Source of the DNA: Octopus vulgaris
Lineage: Eukaryota
Assembly (NCBI GenBank): GCA_951406725.2
Contig: OX597828.1
Coordinates: 4,030,001-4,094,000, forward strand
DNA length: 64,000 nt
Direction: 5' to 3'
Below the pieces are notes generated by a model, which worked only from the letters and a program-made list of their open reading frames with translations, made no database searches and was not told the origin of the DNA. Shown one piece after another: positions 13,140 through 26,379 of the stretch. Made by a program: the position numbers and the translations under genes. The stretch's first letter is position 1, and each line of letters begins with the position of its first letter.

Positions 13140-15485
13140 TCCAACACACCTACATACATACATACATACATATACACACAAACAAACACATACCTACTTC
13201 CAACACACCTACATACATACATACACACACAAACAAACAAACATACACATACACACACACATACATACATACATACACACATACGTACATACATACTTAC
13301 CTACATACGTACACACACACGCGCATGAACACACGTGCGCGCGTGCAACGCGTTTACGCGCAACACCTGTATATGTTTGTACCTAGGCGCACGCCCTTTC
13401 TCTTTTTTTGGTGGAGGGATTGATGGTGTTCGGTTATTCTGGTGGGGTTAATAGAGGGACCGCGGGCGCGCTTGCGCGCGCGTTGGCGTGCTACTGGGGT
13501 GCGGCCGGCCCCACATGCGTGCGTTGTGTGTGTGTGTGTGGGGTGTTGTGTGCGTGCGCGTGTGTGTGTGTTGCGTGTGTATACATACATACACATACAT
13601 GCTTGCATGCACGCGCGCACACATACTTACCTACATACATACACGCCCACCCACTTACACACATACATACATAGATACACACACACACACATACATACCT
13701 ACACACATACACACATACACACACATACACATACATACATACATACACAAGACATACATACGTACAGACATACACCCATACACTCACACATACATACATA
13801 CATACATACACACATACATACATACACACTCACATACACACGCACACGCATACATACACACACACTCGCATGCATACATACACACCCACATACACACGTA
13901 CACGCATACATACACACACACACATACATACATACATTACGCCCATACCTACAAACATACACACATACACACACACATACATACATACACAAGACATACA
14001 TACAGACAGACATACACCCATACACTCACACATACATACACACACACATACACACACACATACACACATACACACCCACATACACACGCACACGCATACA
14101 TACACACGCACACGCACGCATACATACATACATTACGTCCACACAACTCCAGAGGACACCCCCACGCACACACGCATACATTCACACACACACACATACG
14201 TACACACACATACATACATACATATCTTCATACTTTCATTCGTACATACCACATACATACACAAACATACACACACACACATACATAAATACACACATAC
14301 ATATATACACACATGCACACACACATACATACACACACATACACACACACACATATACGCACATACACATATACATACACACACATGCATACACACACAT
14401 ACGCACATGCATGCATACATACATACATACACACATACACACATACACGCTTGCACACATACATACATACATACACACACATACACGCATGCACACATAC
14501 TTACACACACACACACTTACATACATACACACACACACACTTACACACACACACACACACATACACACACACATGCATACATACATACACACACACATAC
14601 ATACATACACGCACACACACATACACTATACACACACACATACTTACATACACTCATACGGACATACATACACACAGACATACACGCCAACACACTCACA
14701 CATACACACATACATACACACACATACCTACATACACACTTGCATGCACACGTACACACATGCATGCGCGCGCGCACGCACACATACACACATGCATGCA
14801 CGCACGCTCATGGTGGCTGGCTTTATTTCGGCATCGCGTCTGCGCTTGTGCGGGTGGGCCTGCGGTTTCGCACGCGCCCGCACCACTGATAGTCTTTTCC
14901 ATCTTTCCTTCAGTTGCGAAGTGTGTCCTTGCGTGCATATATATGCACGTTTGCGGGCATGTGTGTGTGGGTGTGTGTGCTTGTGTGTGTGTGTGCGTGT
15001 GTTTGCAAACATATAAACAAACATTTGTACGCACGCGCACATACAAACATTCACTCCCGCGCACGTACGCGCACACATTCACATATAATTACAATACACG
15101 CACACATACACACGTACAAACACCCACTAATTCACATACACACCGACACATATACATACACACAACATATACCTCCACGCGCACGCACACATACACATAC
15201 GTACACACATATAAGCACAGACACACAGACATTCGCACACTCGCACACAATCATACATACGTATATATACACACACACGCACGTACAAGCACACACGCAC
15301 ACATACACTAAGTCTAAGCACAGTTACTCGCCATCCTCTGACTTGCTAGGGTACCCTCACACACTCCTTGATTCCCTACTGCTTGCTACCAGCCATCATC
15401 CACCATTCCGCCACTGCTGCTAGTAGCATCGTCCACCATACACACACATACACACACACGCACACACTCACACACACACACACTT
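13140..15485. repeat. Compound (CA)n/(TACA)n low-complexity tract
   Basis: About 2.3 kb of degenerate CA/TACA with two GC-rich/GT islands and an internal ~240 bp duplication. Confidence 0.9.
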
Positions 15486-15654
15486 GTCATCTCGCACACC
15501 TCTTTTACCATTCATTCTCTGACCCGCTCTTTTGTTTTTAAAAAACACTTTTCCTTCCTTTTGACCACTTCCGTCCTTTTAGTATGTGACCTCGTGTAGA
15601 CTACCTGCAATTTTTTTTTCCTCTGTCCTTCCCATCTCGGGATGTTTCTTTCTC

Positions 15655-15695
15655 TTATGTTTCCGACGAAGAGCTCCGCTCGAAACGTCAAGCCC
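15655..15695 (+). ncRNA. Minimal hammerhead ribozyme-like motif (PLE terminus), variant core
   Basis: CCGACGA-A, stem II GAGC-TCC-GCTC, GAAA-CG-TC; U4 is replaced by C and stem I is weak. Confidence 0.55.
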
Positions 15696-15807
15696 TCCTT
15701 CTTCCCTTCTTTCCTGAGCGTCCATTAATACTTTATTTGTTCCACATCCTTGCGTTGTTGTTTTTTGTTTTCTTGTTTGGATTAACGTTATATATATATA
15801 TATATAT

Positions 15808-15990
15808 GTAGGGAGAATTCAAGAGACAAAGACAAAGGCAGGTGGTGTAGAAAACAAACAGATGTATTAGTATAACACTCAGGAATTGAAAAAGTCTTTT
15901 GCGTTTCGACCCTACGCTCTTCCACAGAAAGGAACACAGAAAGAAACAAGGAGAGAAAAAATGTGTGTAGTGGCTACCGATCTATCATGC
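15808..15990 (-). mobile_element. PLE terminal (pLTR-like) fragment, family P1, with mutated hammerhead-like motif at 15894-15931
   Basis: Homologous to 38570-38757(+) and 63536-63750(-); minus strand reads CTGTGGAA-GAGC-GTAG-GGTC-GAAACGCA. Confidence 0.75.
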
Positions 15991-16786
15991 CCAAACATAT
16001 CTGTATATATGTTATGTATAAATAAATATATATAAAACGCGCGCAAGAATACAGACACATTATTGCTCACAGTCAAGAGGTTAACATAAACAAATCAATG
16101 TACTCTATGCAAGAATATCATAAGCATGAGAATTATAGTTCGAAATGTAGAAAACTCGGTAGAGTTGATAAAAAATATACATAGAATCAGATATATCTAA
16201 GCACATTCGTATACCAAAGCAACTATACATACTTTTGTAATACTTTTCAAACATTGGTATAACGATCGCAACCTACCGAGTTAAATAAAGAAGCACGCTG
16301 GAGACGGTTCTGGCCTCCCACTCTCTTTCTCTAAACATATACACATCTAATCCGCTGCTAGAAAATTAGAGGCTCTGCTGATGTGATGAAGAAATAAAAG
16401 GAGACGTTATTGCCCGGGGTGAATCAATCACTAGTGAGACACTTTATCCGAGAAAACCAATTAAATGACCGGCTGGAATACTTCCCCAGAGTTTTGCTAA
16501 AGTAATTTCCAATCAGTCATAATTGCTGCCAGGCGTCTCCGGTGATTTCTGATGTCTCAAAGACAATGATTCATGTGAAAGCGACAGAAACAAGATAAAA
16601 AATGTATATACGTATATATATACATACATACACACATATATGTGTGTGTGCGTGTGTATGTATGTATATGTATATGAGAAAATTAGAGAAAAATATCACC
16701 AAAAAACCCCAGAATGAAATTGAAAATAAGATATATTTTTTCAAAGTTTCATATTTGATATAATAATACACTTACCAGTACTTTTA

Positions 16787-16844
16787 GCTGCTGCTGATAC
16801 TACTACTCCTACTACTACTACTGCTGCTGCTGCTACTGCTACTG

Positions 16845-16887
<43 letters not shown>

Positions 16888-16890
16888 CGC
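16787..16890. repeat. (CTA)n/(CTG)n compound microsatellite
   Basis: Direct reading. Confidence 0.9.
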
Positions 16891-16999
16891 CATCACCGTT
16901 ACATATTTTGATAAAATAGTAATTTTAAATATTACTATACAACGAAATTACTATATAATACTACACTACACACATATCCCTAAACAATACTATACAACT

Positions 17000-17205
17000 G
17001 AGCCGGTGAGCTGGCAGAATCGTTTGTACACTGAGCAAAATGCTTACCGGTTTTTTTGTCGCTCTTTATGCTTTGAGTTCAAATTTCGCCAAAGTCGACT
17101 TAGCGACAAAATAAGTACCAGTTTAACAATGGGCTCGCTGTAACTGACTTCTTTGTAACCCACTCAGATGAAAGTCTTGACCTCCTGTAAAATTTGAATC
17201 CAGTA
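17000..17205 (+). mobile_element. tRNA-derived SINE (family S1)
   Basis: GGTGAGCTGGCAGAATCGTT...TGAGTTCAAATT...GTCGACT...ATAAGTACCAG. Confidence 0.75.
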
Positions 17206-18521
17206 TCAGTATACAAGGATGGATGCTGCATATCGTGGATCGACTCTCTCTAAACACCAGCTCGCTCTACTACATATCATACCTTATACGCTAAATATAC
17301 AAGATTGTAAATGACAAACTTGTCGTGTCCCACTTTGAGCGAAACGACAAATTTAACATCTGTTTATAAAGATATTTTTATCGATATTTTTCATGAAACC
17401 TGTATAAATTCGATGTAAATTCCATGCAGTACCCCACTCTCCTGCACACACTGATACATACATAACATATATCAATGGACGTGCGTATGCAAGCATGTGT
17501 ATGTTTGTGGGTATGCGTGTGTTTATGTGTGTATGTACGCAGCAGTAGCGCTAAGCGTTAATCTCTCGCCACTTCGTAGCGTTTCCTTTTTCAGTATCGG
17601 ATGCTAAAGAGGAGATAATTACTACGAAATACATGCATCTAACAGTCTGGTTAGAGGCTGTTTCGAACGGACCGGGTGTGTTTGCACAGTTTTCTACAGC
17701 GACAAATTTTCTCCGTGAAAAAATACAGCCAATGGCTTTCTTACGTGTTTGAATATGCCCTGAACATTTGAACTACTAAGAAGACTTTATTTATACACAC
17801 TATTGATCAGCACCTCTACTGCGTATTTTTTTTGTAGCAGGCCACCTATTAACACAGGGTTAGGGATAGGGATGGTTAGCATGGAAGAAATATCATAAAG
17901 GATATCCATCCCTTCCATTTTACGTTGTCTGTGGCCGAAGTAGGTACAGCCACTCCGAAATGCATGCATACATATATACACTAAACAAGGAATTGCCGTA
18001 AATATATCCATAGCTTTGTGTAATGAATCAATACTGAAATGTCATGCTCATAAATATAAAGATGTATTTTTTAACATACATCGATTATCGTTTAAAATAC
18101 AATGGAGAGCAGACGCTTTAAATACGATGGAGGGACGTACCTAGATTATTTTTGTCATCATTATTATAGGAACGCATCGGACTGGACCCTTTGCGCTTAT
18201 TTTCCTGAAGAAAAAATTACAGCAATAAGAATAAAAAATAATACACAATTGCGGTTGATTGTATGTTCTCTGCCTAACTGATTAATTTTTATTTACATAC
18301 TCACTAACGCATACGCTCGCTGACACACTCAAACACACACATACACATACACTCACAGTCACACGCTAATTAACACGATTTTGTGTCTGAGTATCTGTGT
18401 GAGTGAATGTGTGTATATAAATATGTATGCATATATATATATATATATAAATATAAACACACACATATATAAGCATCCATACGTGCATGAATGCATACAC
18501 CCCCCGCGTCCATCCCCACAC

Positions 18522-18589
<68 letters not shown>

Positions 18590-18614
18590 CATACATACAT
18601 ACATTTATATATAG

Positions 18615-18950
18615 TCAATACAAACAAGAACAAGAAAGAAAAAAACAGCAATGTGAGGGCATGGAACGAGTACTGAGTTATTTATTGTATGCTCGGTAAA
18701 GGAAAGAAAAGAAAGAGGATTTCACGTTTCGAGCGGTGCTCTTTATCAGAAATATGCAAGAAGTCCAAAGAAGGGAAGGCGGAGAAAGAAAATTGCCAAC
18801 GATATAAACGCGGTTACATAATGAAATGACCGGAAGGGAATGGGTGAAGAAAAGTTTTTTCTAAGACAGGAAAGTGCAAGAGAAGGAGGTATGAGTGTGT
18901 ATTTGTGAGTATGTGCATGCTCGCAGGTCTGTGTGTGTGTGTGTGTAGTT
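18615..18950 (-). mobile_element. PLE terminal fragment with degenerate hammerhead-like motif (18718-18754)
   Basis: Minus strand reads ATTT-CTGATAAA-GAGC-ACC-GCTC-GAAACGTG-AAAT; resembles the 15600-15790 terminus; abuts TA/TACA repeats. Confidence 0.65.
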
Positions 18951-18990
18951 GTGGCTGTTTATGTATGTGTTTGGTTGGACTTAACTTTAT

Positions 18991-19186
18991 GTGGGAATTA
19001 AGGCTACCATTGGTTTCATGTTAGAAAAAAAGGAGAAAAATATCCTTGTGTCTTAACAATTTTTCAAGCCGAAACGTTGGCGAACACCTTTATCCATGTG
19101 ATCGGTTTGATAAATTGTTAATAGACTAGGATATTTTCCTGCTTTTCTTAGCATGAAACCAATAGTAGCCTTAATTCACGCCCACT
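18991..19186. mobile_element. Fold-back/MITE-like element with ~80 bp imperfect inverted arms
   Basis: GAATTAAGGCTACCATTGGTTTCATG...TTAACAATTT is mirrored by AAATTGTTAA...CATGAAACCAATAGTAGCCTTAATTC; a related half-copy lies at ~41090-41170. Confidence 0.7.
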
Positions 19187-19248
19187 AACACGGTGTTGAG
19201 CACTCATTTTCATCGTCCGACATTTACGTGTATATATATATATATATA

Positions 19249-19487
19249 TCGTTGCTATTATGTTAAACTATCGTATGTCTAAATTTGACCAAATGCGCTT
19301 TTTTTCAGTTTTTATTTTTGCTTGCTATAGCCGGATCTTTTAGTGAAACTATCGTATCTCCAGCTGCTTCCGATGCCAAGATATCAAAAATCGTCAAACG
19401 GTTTTGTTATAGAATGGTGAAATTATTTTTTATCTTCTGAAAAAAAAAGCAACGTTATTGATTTACGACACTTTTACATATTAGCAA

Positions 19488-19490
<3 letters not shown>
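19249..19490. mobile_element. MITE with ~19 bp TIRs, inserted in (TA)n
   Basis: Left end TCGTTGCTATTATGTTAAA; right end reverse complement TCGTTGCTAATATGTAAAA; TA repeats on both sides. Confidence 0.75.
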
Positions 19491-19523
<33 letters not shown>

Positions 19524-21379
19524 TTGTTGCCATTAAGACACGTGGTTAGGCAGGTTTTATAATGTGCTTTGTACTTTTAGTCTCCAAGCAATGTTCAGAC
19601 TCTGAGCACATAGTTATGTTCTATTTGGAACTCAGAACGTTGGTACACGACAAACCACGAGAGGAAATGTGAAGGATGAGGCAAAAAGTATAATGCGAAG
19701 AAAAAAGGGAATGAAAACAGAAAAAGAAGGGATAGAAAATTAGAGTTACATCACATTTGACTGTGGAAGTCATAGTGAAACTAGTTGTAGAATAATTCAA
19801 AGTAGAGGGATTCAGAATCTGCGAGACAGCTGCTCATTACTAAAAGCTTGCTTACTTAACCGGGCGTGTATGATAAAGTTTCTCGTAATTATTACGGTTT
19901 ATGCGACGTTAATTTTAAAAGACGTTATGCGAGCCCTAAGTCTTCAGTCCAGCACATCGACAATCCCACCCCACCGTCCAACTGAGCTGATCACGTCTGG
20001 GGTAGGACAAACTACATATTACATACAACGAAGTGGAGAATCGTGAAGAGATCCATTCTGACTTTTACAGTCAAAGAGAACGTAACTCCAATTTTTATTT
20101 CTTTCCTTTCTTCTCCGTTTTTATTCACCCTATGATTTCTCATTCCACTTTTCGCATCGTTTTTTCTTGTGGTTTGTTATGTACTAGTTTCTTGATTTTT
20201 AACTACAGTACAAATGCATTGCTTAAATACACACGGCACGTTATAAAATCTCGGTGCTTCACTGGTATCCTCGGTAGCTCTTTCTTTCTTTATTTCTTTC
20301 TTTCTTTAATACAATGTAAATTAACTGATATTTACCCTCCCACTGCAAGGATTACTTTTCTGGTTGACCTTAACTTAACGGAACAGTAAACTACACGCGG
20401 CACACATACATACACACACTCACATACATATATTATATAAAAGTTTTAAATGTTTCTTTTAAAAGACAAAAGCATGCAACATATAAAAATTAATAATTAC
20501 AGCTCGTTGGTTCATAAAATTACGTAGTACGTTAATCTTTCAGGATTAAAAAGTGTCATCGACTTGTCTCAATGATTTTATAACTTTAATTGTGTAGACT
20601 CCGAAAAATATATTAACATATATAGATTGCTTATTTGCTGATGACAACGGTGATGACATGACGGATACGAATTGGATGAAATTCATGTATGTATATACAT
20701 ACATACATACATACATATATATAAACAATTTATATAAAACAATTTGCTTTAAATCTATGAATGGCATATGTACAGTAAAAATACTGAATAGTAATGTTTA
20801 CATGCCTACATAATGTGGCAGTCCGATAAAGGGCGATGTTACTGTTGTTTTAGCCCCAAGAAAATACCTTTTCGAACTAGTTATCGACACACACTTTGAT
20901 TCTGTATCGCAATTTTCAAGGGAGATCATCGCTTCCATCTCTAGCCTTACGTGATACCCACAGACCTTTCTGTGTGGTTACTTGTGCTCAGTTAGTGACG
21001 AAAGCTCTTTTTACTCGTAAATGCTATATATTCTATAAGCGATCTCGTATAAACATTACTCCTCATTATAAACAGTACTCTTCGGTACTGTTACTAGATG
21101 ACAGAATTTTAGGTAATTCAGAGTATTAACAAACATCAATAATATGTACGAGAATTAGAGAATATTTAATTTCTAAATCTATAAATAATTGTAGAAGGTA
21201 TAATATGCATAGTGAAATTAACGATATTGATATTCATTCGGAACAAGGTTTAGACTCTATAATTGATCAAAATGCTGATAATATAGTTCGTATTTTACTT
21301 TGTATTAATATTAATAATAAATATTATTATTATAATCCAAGCTTAACACCTATTTTACACAGGTGCTAGTAGAAATTCT

Positions 21380-24300
21380 TATAACTGTTGTGCGAGAGTA
21401 CAACGTCCCTTGGTGAGAATTGACTGGATCACTACATATAGAGAGTAACGGCCTGAGTAAGTGAGGTAGTTCGTGCTAGTTCCACAGTTTGTTGATAATT
21501 CAAAGTAGCTTCTGTCGAACATGAGCGTTACTGTAACTTTATTCTGTTCAAAACGTCGAGTGAGATTTGTTTCCAAGAGACCGTGCAACTGCTTTCAAAC
21601 TTTTTTTTGTGATAGAAGTTCATTATTCAATACCAGAATGGAGTGTTGGAACTTTAAAAAGAAAATAAGGAAGGTGACTTTATCACCTATGCCGGAGACG
21701 TCAACCGCTTGTGCAAATATTTCAAGCTCCAAGATCTCACTCAGGATATGTTTAAATGACTTATCTATTTGTAAGGTCTTATAGCAGCTGAAGATAGAAA
21801 AATTCGGGCGAGGATTTTCTCGAAAATGAAGCAAGCGAACCATGATTTATCTCTATAGAACATCGCAGTAAATTGTCGGACTATGGTAAATTTTAAACAT
21901 GATGTGAAAAAAATTCAAGATCAAGACTGTAAAAATTCAAATTTGTAGTCTTGGGAGCACAATAAAAAAAGTGTCCGCCTCCATTCTGTGTTATGGTTAT
22001 GGAGGCCTACACTACAAAAAGGATTGCCCATTTAAAGGCAAAAATTGCTATATCTCTCAGAAGTTGGGACACAGGAGTTCTCATTGTAGAACAAGATTAC
22101 GATACTCAAACAGAAAAAAAGTTTTAAGGTGTTTTCAGTGGAGAGTGATTTCGACGGAAAACCGAGAACATTCGTGCACGTAAAAAGAAATTATGTGAAT
22201 GCCAGATTACGTAAAAAAGCGAAAATAGCGCATGGTGAAACGGACGATAAATTACATATCATGAGCAAAACATGTATCGACGTCCTATTTCAAAGAGAGA
22301 CATGTAGAATTATTCTTTGTGGATAACACAAACAATTTGTTTGGCACAGATTGGTTAGAACTATTCGATTTATGGCACCTCCCCATAAATATTTACTGCA
22401 ATAATATAAATAGTTATCCCGCTTAAAACAAGTCTTCGGCAGAACAACAAAAAAGTTGAAAAGAAAACTGTTCCTCCAAGTTATATAAAAGTATTTAGGT
22501 CTATGAAGAATGACGGAAGCCTATTTCTAAATAACTGAAAACGCTGTACCTGTATTTAAAACAAACAAAGATTACCGTTCGCGGAAATTGAAACTGTAAA
22601 TAAATAATTGGACAGACTCGGAAAGAGTGGAGTCAAAAAAAAGGTGGATTACTGGAAGTGGGTGGCACCCACGCTGTGCATTAAAAAGATGATAAGATTA
22701 GGCTGTGTGCTGATTTCCCTACAGAATTGAACGATTATTTAAAAACACGCCACCATGCACTCTCGACTGCTGATGACCTTTTTTCAAAGTTAAATGGAAA
22801 AACTTACTTCCAAATTAGATCTGTCTGAAGCCTATTTACAGATAAAATAAGTGAAAAATACTGAAAGTATTTGACAATAAATACGCAGAGAGTATTGTAC
22901 AGACATACCCGATTAACTTTTGGATAAAATGTTGTATCAGCAATATTCTAGCAAATCATGGTATTATGTTATTCGATTGTGAATTTGCCATCTCGTGCTT
23001 GGACGATAATTTAGTCAGGAGTAATTCTCACGAACTGCATACAGAACACAAAAGCTGTTTAAGAAAATTAAACTTTTCAGGTTCACATTGAGTGAAGAAA
23101 TATGCTAATCCTCTCTCATCCAAATTGAGTACTTTGGGCAAGTGGTAGATGTCCTGACCCATGGAGGGAAGACGCAATAACGAATATGCCTGTGCCGACA
23201 AACATTCCAACTATTTCTTTGACTGGCAAACTACTACCAAAACCACATTCCTAATATCCACAAGCGATCAAATGAACGAGTTACTAACAAAGGAGTAAAG
23301 CGGAGTTGGTCCACTAAATGCCAAAACACTTTTGGAGAAATAACAAAACTTCTATTCTCAGATTTTTCGTTAGCACATTACGATCCCGAAGCCGGCATCA
23401 TTGTAGCGTCTGATGCTTCTGAGCATAGATTCGGAGCAGTTCTACTTCATACATACGAAGACGGAAGTAGAAAACCAGTGGTTCAAGTTCTGCGCTCGTT
23501 AATAGCGGCAGAGTAGAGATATAGTCAAATTGAAAAGGAGGCCCTGGCAATTATTTTTGCAGTTAAACATTTTCACAGGTTTCTGCATGACAGAAATTTT
23601 TATTGCAAACAGACCATAAACCTCTGCTGCCGATTTATGGGTCTTATAAAGGGTTACCGACTCGTACTATGAACCGCCTGCAACGTTGGAGTGTAATATT
23701 AGTAAACCATAATTTCAAAGTGCAATCCATTTCATTGAAAAAAGCCGGTTATGCAGACAGCATTTCGAGATTAGTTCCAAAAAGAAGGAACCACAGAAGA
23801 GACCATAGAAGTTACAGCCACACTTCAGGCAGAAAGTGCGATTGAATGTGTTATGACGAACGTTATCCAAGAACTGCCAGTGACGGCACGAGATATAAGA
23901 ATGAAAGCTGTAGGTGATGAGTTTACTACGAAAAAAATAAGCTTTAAAATAATAAGCAGAATAAAAATTCAGATGCCAGTAGTTTTTTAATTTGCGACGA
24001 GTGTATTGCAACAATTTCTCAGCAGACATCCGGGAGTGGCAAGGATGAAGACTCTGAGTAGGTGTTATGTCTATTTGCCGTCTATGGACTGAGATATCGA
24101 AAATTTGGTGAGAACGTACCGAGGTTGCGCGCTTACGGCCAATGCCACACCGGTAAAATATCAATCGTGACCAGAGACGGAGAACCCCTGGTCTAGGTTA
24201 CACATTGACTATGCCGGACCGGTAAACGGCGCTTACAATCTATTCATAGTAGATAGCTGTGCTAAGCGACAGGAGGTTCGCAGGTGCTATAGAGCAATCT

Positions 24301-25016
24301 TTTTGACAACTATGAAGTTTTTATACGAATTATTTGCGCGATACGGTGTCCCTGACACGCTAGTTTAAGACAACAGAACACAATTCTCTGGGTATGAATT
24401 CAAGAACGTCTGTAAAAGGCATGTGAGAAAGCATATTTTCACTCCAGCTCTCCACTTGAGGTCAAACGGGCAAATAGAGGGATTTGTGGAGATGTTTAAA
24501 AGAGAGTTATAAAAAGCGAGGTGTGAATTAAGTAACGACGAAGCACTGACAAATTTCTTCAGAATAAACAGAATGACCCCTAATCCAAGTACAAATTCAG
24601 AGGATTCTCCCGCAGAATTGACGTTCGCACGATGAATAAAATCCATCTTGGATGTGCTATTACCAGAGAAAAAAATGACGTAAAAAATACGAAAGAGCCA
24701 AAGAAATCCGTCGACATAGATGATAAAGCGCATTATAAAAGCCATAGAAACGGTAAAGAAGGCTGTGATGATGGCCTTGTTACAAGAAAGATTGAAAGTA
24801 TGATGTATCTAATTAAAGGGACACACGATGAAGAAAAGAGACATATAAACCAACTAAGGAGGAGGGATACTCTAGATCAGGAAAAAATTCCCATGAACGT
24901 AATTTGTGAAATATCCGATGAAACGCTACCAAAAGAAATAATCCCGTAAAACAAGCATGAAAAAAGTAAGCAGGCCGAACACTTAAAAATAATGCTCAAA
25001 CGAAAGAGATAGCGAA

Positions 25017-25108
<92 letters not shown>

Positions 25109-25130
25109 AATGAGGTAGTTCATGCTAATT
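21380..25130 (+). mobile_element. Decayed Ty3/Gypsy LTR retrotransposon (K02A2.6/Mag-like gag-pol relic)
   Basis: Degenerate double CCHC knuckle (21971-22183), IRLCADF, KLDLSEAYLQI, RNase H ASDAS and YSQIEKEALAIIFAVK, QTDHKPLL..NRLQRW, integrase HPG and PWSRLHIDYAGP, SNGQ; LTR remnant GAGTAARTGAGGTAGTTCRTGCTA at ~21455 and ~25104. Confidence 0.88.
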
Positions 25131-25249
25131 TTTTCTGGTCTATTTAATCATTTTTTGATTCCTGTCAGACGTGAGTCACAATGTTAATTAATTGTTGAAG
25201 GTCTCCCGTAAGAGTGAACCTAATTGTTGAACCGCATTGTTGAATTGTC

Positions 25250-25960
25250 GAGTTGTTGTTGCTGTTTTTTGCCTCCGAAATTATGATTGTAGAGAAAAAG
25301 CAAAGGATGGAGTGCGAACCAGTTCCAGCTGGCAGCTCTGCTTCAGTCACCGGAAGAAGTTTAATTCCAGACGCACTAGAGGTTCGAGAAGTTAAAACTG
25401 AGCCAAAAAACCTGGAGAAATACAACAGGCTTATCGAGATGGAAAGAATCAGTTTGAAGATGACCCTGCCGGAAAATTTAACAGCTAGTGTAACAAAACG
25501 GACAGTAGTAGATAGAATGCTGTCCAGTTCAACGAAAACATAGAAATAACTAGAGTGGAAGCCATAGAAGGGTCTTTGAAAGGAAAAAAGGCTACCAACA
25601 TTCTACACCAGAGGGAGAAGATACGGCACAGTGGAGGTAAGGTTCGCTAGCAAACAAGAAGCGATAAACTACTCCACTGTGGAGCTAAGAACACCAGAGT
25701 TGGTACTTCTGCCGTCTTATTGGGACAAATGAGTGGCCAAGGTAAGGATTGGCAGAGTACCCCCGGAGATTGAGGAGGTGAGGCTGTTGGCAGCCATTAT
25801 GTATAATATAGAGGAGGACGTAAAGTGTTGAAAGTAACGAGGACGAAAGAGGTAAGCTGATTACAAGACTTACACAAGATAGCGGAGGAGGTGATATTGC
25901 CGGGGGAAGTAAGATTGAGAGTAGTGGTGGAAGTAAAAAAGGAAAAAATGTAAGTAAATG
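25250..25960 (+). pseudogene. Possible ORF1/gag-like relic of a non-LTR (Tx1/L1-like) element
   Basis: Purine-rich coding-like segment; ORF 25253-25543 continues through stops into RYGTVEVRF...LLPSY...KVRIGRVPPEI, reminiscent of ORF1 proteins; family not confirmed. Confidence 0.4.
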
Positions 25961-26379
25961 TCTTAAATTCTAATAACTGTAATATAGATGTAAAAAGAAA
26001 AAAAAAGGGAAAAAATGATATTCAAAATGTTAGACTAAAACATTTAAATGATACTGCTTGTGAGTGGGGAGCATGCAGCCATTTCATCTTCATTATTATT
26101 GTTCAACCTTCATTCGTTCGTTCTGTGCTTTTTGTTTCCACTGTGGTGCTCTGTCTGTATTTGTACTGTCCCTTCTGTGTATATGCCTGAGTGCTTTAAT
26201 ACAGGAAATATTTCGTGGTAATTTTACAGTTTGTGTGTTGATAGTTCAAAGTTGGATTTGAAAGTTTACATTTAGAGTTAGCATGCTGGAGTGCTAGTTC
26301 GGGAAAGACTGTTGTTACGTAACGTGTGGTTACTGTCGTTCGTTTCGATTAAGTTGTTATCACATGTTTCAGTATATCA

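Larger units (their letters stand above)
10989..15788 (+). mobile_element. Penelope-like element (probably Neptune type), inserted in (TA)n
   Basis: RT and GIY-YIG coding region to ~13090, a long CA-rich spacer, then a terminal region with a hammerhead-like motif; (TA)n at 10942-10988 and 15789-15806. Confidence 0.88.

Noticed and set aside
13442-15016. 524-aa His/Thr-rich ORF and overlapping long ORFs
   Set aside because: Artefact of the CA/TACA tract, which is open in many frames on both strands.
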